Assembly: GCA_048128005.1 (NCBI GenBank)
Contig: JBEUKZ010000113.1
Span: 62,001-126,000, forward strand
DNA: 64,000 nt
Origin: Veleropilina oligotropha
Lineage: Eukaryota
Reading direction: 5' to 3'
Shown piece by piece: positions 60,913 through 64,000 of this stretch (the stretch's first letter is position 1; the number at the start of each line of letters is the position of its first letter). The notes below the pieces were generated by a model. The model searched no databases. It had not been told where the DNA came from and saw nothing but the letters and a program-made list of their open reading frames with translations. The position numbers and the translations under genes were made by a program.

Positions 60913-63900
60913 CTTCTAGCCCTTGGGACATGGTCAATGCTGCCGGATAATATCACATAAATCCGTTTCGAGCAATATGCCAACGGTATAATACAATCAA
61001 ATGATCATACCCTGGTGTTCATGGCCAATATTTCCTGAAAGTTTCACCCAAATCCACGCATCTGCTATTTCAAAAGCGCGCTAAAATACAGAAAAACAAA
61101 CGGGGTGAAATACAACCTTCGTACGGCTTCAGTGAAGAATACGGATGTATTTAAGCAATACGAAACAAACAATCCGATTCCTCGGACACTCGCTCTGCTG
61201 CTCAAATCTCACTCTGATATTGTGATACACATCAATTCAAAGTACAGTATATTGGAAGAATCACAATGCGATGCGATAATCGACAAGAAACACGCTGGTT
61301 CAAGCCTGAATTTTCTACGATTACAGAGTTTCCGGTTAGAGAAAAAAACAAAAGGCCGGAAATGAGGTCAAAATACATGCTGGATTCAGAATTGCACATT
61401 TTGGAGTATTTTTAGTGACGTACACAGCCTTATGATAAAATTCTATGAAAATCGTGTAGGTGGATACAGAGAAACATTCGAGGAGAGATAAACAGACACA
61501 TTTCCATGTGGTTGATAATAGACATTGGAACTATAGGGTCCATTGTTCCGAGTAATAAAACAGACAATGGGATTAATTATAGAGGTGCGTGAACAAAGAA
61601 GTTGACAAGTTGCCAAACTCATTAAAATAGAGGAATCCACATCCGATGAAGCGACATAGGGCCTAAAACCAGGAACTTACAAAATAGAGACGGATACAAA
61701 TAACATTGATGCGATGCTGGTCTAAATAGGAATGGTTCTTGGTTCAATCCCGGTTCTAACAACGAAGTTTCCCTTGATCGCTGCCAATTCACTTTATCGT
61801 TCGAAGTTGATTGACAAGATTTATGTCTGAAATACTGTTGTCGTGATCTTTAAACATCAATTGATCATCATCAGCCTTTTACAAAACACATTTAATATAT
61901 ATCTTAGGATTCTTACCCTTACATGTATTGAATGACGAGTGTTCTTACTCTTAAGAACATTTTGCCAGCAAGGAACTAACCTACAGAAGTTAAATACGTT
62001 TTTATCGTTCTTCTAAACTATTTAACTGACCGGTATTTCATAATATACTGGCCCCTTCGGCGTCTGTCAGGTTGGATTAAAGGGTCGTACCAAAATCACT
62101 CCTATTGATTGCAATGCCTCCATTGACTTGGGGGAAATCTTCGCGTATGGCTGTCTCGGACCTCCTCGAAGACGGTCCGGATCGTAATCCGGATTGTTTT
62201 ACGCATTATTATATTGACATCAATAATTGGAAAAACCTGTGAAATGTGAACTTTGAAAGCATTTTAAAAATCAACAAAATCGAAATGAAACAAAGGGTCA
62301 TAACTCGGTAACAACTGCCAGTAGACAGCCAATATTTTGACATCTTTACAGCAGACATTTGTGTTTTAGAGTGAATTTATAGCATTCATTTTTTATCCGA
62401 AGCTAAAATCGTCGAGAAATTGCGATATTTGTACTAACTCTTTAAGTACTGCTGCTAATACCGTGATGTAATTTACACCATTAAGCTAGGATACGACAAT
62501 CTACACTTCTTGAATTTTCAGTTATAGTAAATTCGTAATGTAATTCCACTTAATTTGCAAATTCGTACAATGGTACAGATAATGCTTTAAGCTTAAATCG
62601 AAGTACGATTTGTCCACAATCATATATATGGCGCAGTGGTAGAGCGTTTTGCAATGCTTTTGGTAAGCCTTTTTGCTATATTTCTCTAATATGATCTCGG
62701 TCGCAATCAGGATATTTTATGACGTCATATTCGTTGTTCAGCTCTGAAAAGGAAAACTATTGGTCGTAGAGCTTCTGGATTTTACGATCGTGTTCCTTGG
62801 CACAGTGTCGAGGGTTGCAATCAATGGATCAATGTTATACGTATGACGCCTTTCCCGACGAACGTTTGGGTATCGCATTAAGTTCGACATTTTCTTTACA
62901 GTGTCGTCGTTGGACGTCATTGTAGTTGTGACTTATGGCGTCTATAATTAAACAAGTTACAACGTTACCAGCGCATGTTATTCAAGTTTAAAACATTAGG
63001 ATAAGAATTTACCTCACCTATTACCCGTGGTTAAGCTATCCACAGGATTAATTTTGTTTGGAACAACAGACTAACCATTGAATATTTTTAATAGTTTTAA
63101 ACTGTAGATAAGTCGGATTTATCCAGATTTTGAACAACCTTGTCTTCTATTACATGTCTAACAAGATGATTATCAATATTCATCAAAATAATAATATATC
63201 ACAAAGACAGGCGGAATAGATTGGATTGTTTGCGAATATTTCCATAATCACAATAATTAAATATCAAGCGAAATGTGCCCGAAAATTCCAACATTTGTCT
63301 TGTTTTGTACGAAGAGCGTCCACGGTTGCTTATCTCTCTGCGTTGTACTTATTACAAAATACTCTCTAACTGAAATGGATCACTTGTTACAACGCTAAGT
63401 ACAGATGTGATGCCGACGTGGCGTGTTCCATGATAAAATCAATGCATGATATTTAAAGCCAGGCTGCACCCCACTTAACCTAGCACGTGGCTGAACATAT
63501 GTAATACATATATAACCAGATGGTCCATACAGCGTTTGGTCCTAATTTGCTGTTACTGTGTTTCATGTTATCAAAGAGAAGAAAATACATAATAATTTGA
63601 TCACTTATGTCAGTAACACATCATTTAATAGACGGTATATGTTCCGGAAATAGTCTAATTTTAAATTATTTACGACACTGCCATAACAGGAATAGTCTAT
63701 TACAGACAAATGTCCTTCTGTCTCTTTTATGTTTTCAATTTCTTACAATTCCGAGTAAATTGTACACGTATTATAATATACTGATATATTTCATGATTCA
63801 ACAGTTTCCACTATGTACGTTTCCGAACAATATTGGACAAGTGTCTCAGGGAGTTTCTACTTAGAATTTCATAAAAACAGGCCCAATTGCAATATCTCAA

Positions 63901-64000
63901 CCAATCACTACCTGAGCGAAAGTAACTATATGTCCTTTGTTTTCGATCAATAACAATAGTCATACCCATATCCAGTACAAAATCTTTATGTGGGGGAAAT

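Overview
AT-rich, repeat-dense eukaryotic (invertebrate animal) genomic DNA. It holds two tail-to-tail paralogous orexin/allatotropin-receptor-like GPCR genes: a + strand gene whose first coding exon lies outside the window, and a complete 5-exon, 393-aa - strand gene. The 25.6-kb second intron of the - strand gene contains a single-ORF L2-clade LINE. That LINE is split in its coding sequence by a 16,704-bp GC-rich endogenous virus-like transposon (27162-43865) with ~180-bp TIRs (5'-AG...CT-3') and a 5-bp TSD (TACGG). Removing the insert restores a continuous ~1088-aa LINE ORF. The insert is Polinton/Maverick- or PLV-like: DDE integrase, A32-type packaging ATPase, probable double-jelly-roll major capsid and penton-like minor capsid. 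It is atypical in having no recognisable adenain protease or standard pPolB. Instead it encodes one ~1225-aa PolB-like + SF1 helicase + HNH fusion (one frameshift), several membrane proteins and a secreted Cys-rich cargo protein, and it carries a Penelope RT remnant with a hammerhead-ribozyme core. Elsewhere there are MITEs, SINEs, LINE fragments, minisatellites, a 2-kb (TA)n tract and a 4x288-bp tandem array of a tRNA-like sequence. All family calls come from motif reading by eye; no database searches were run.
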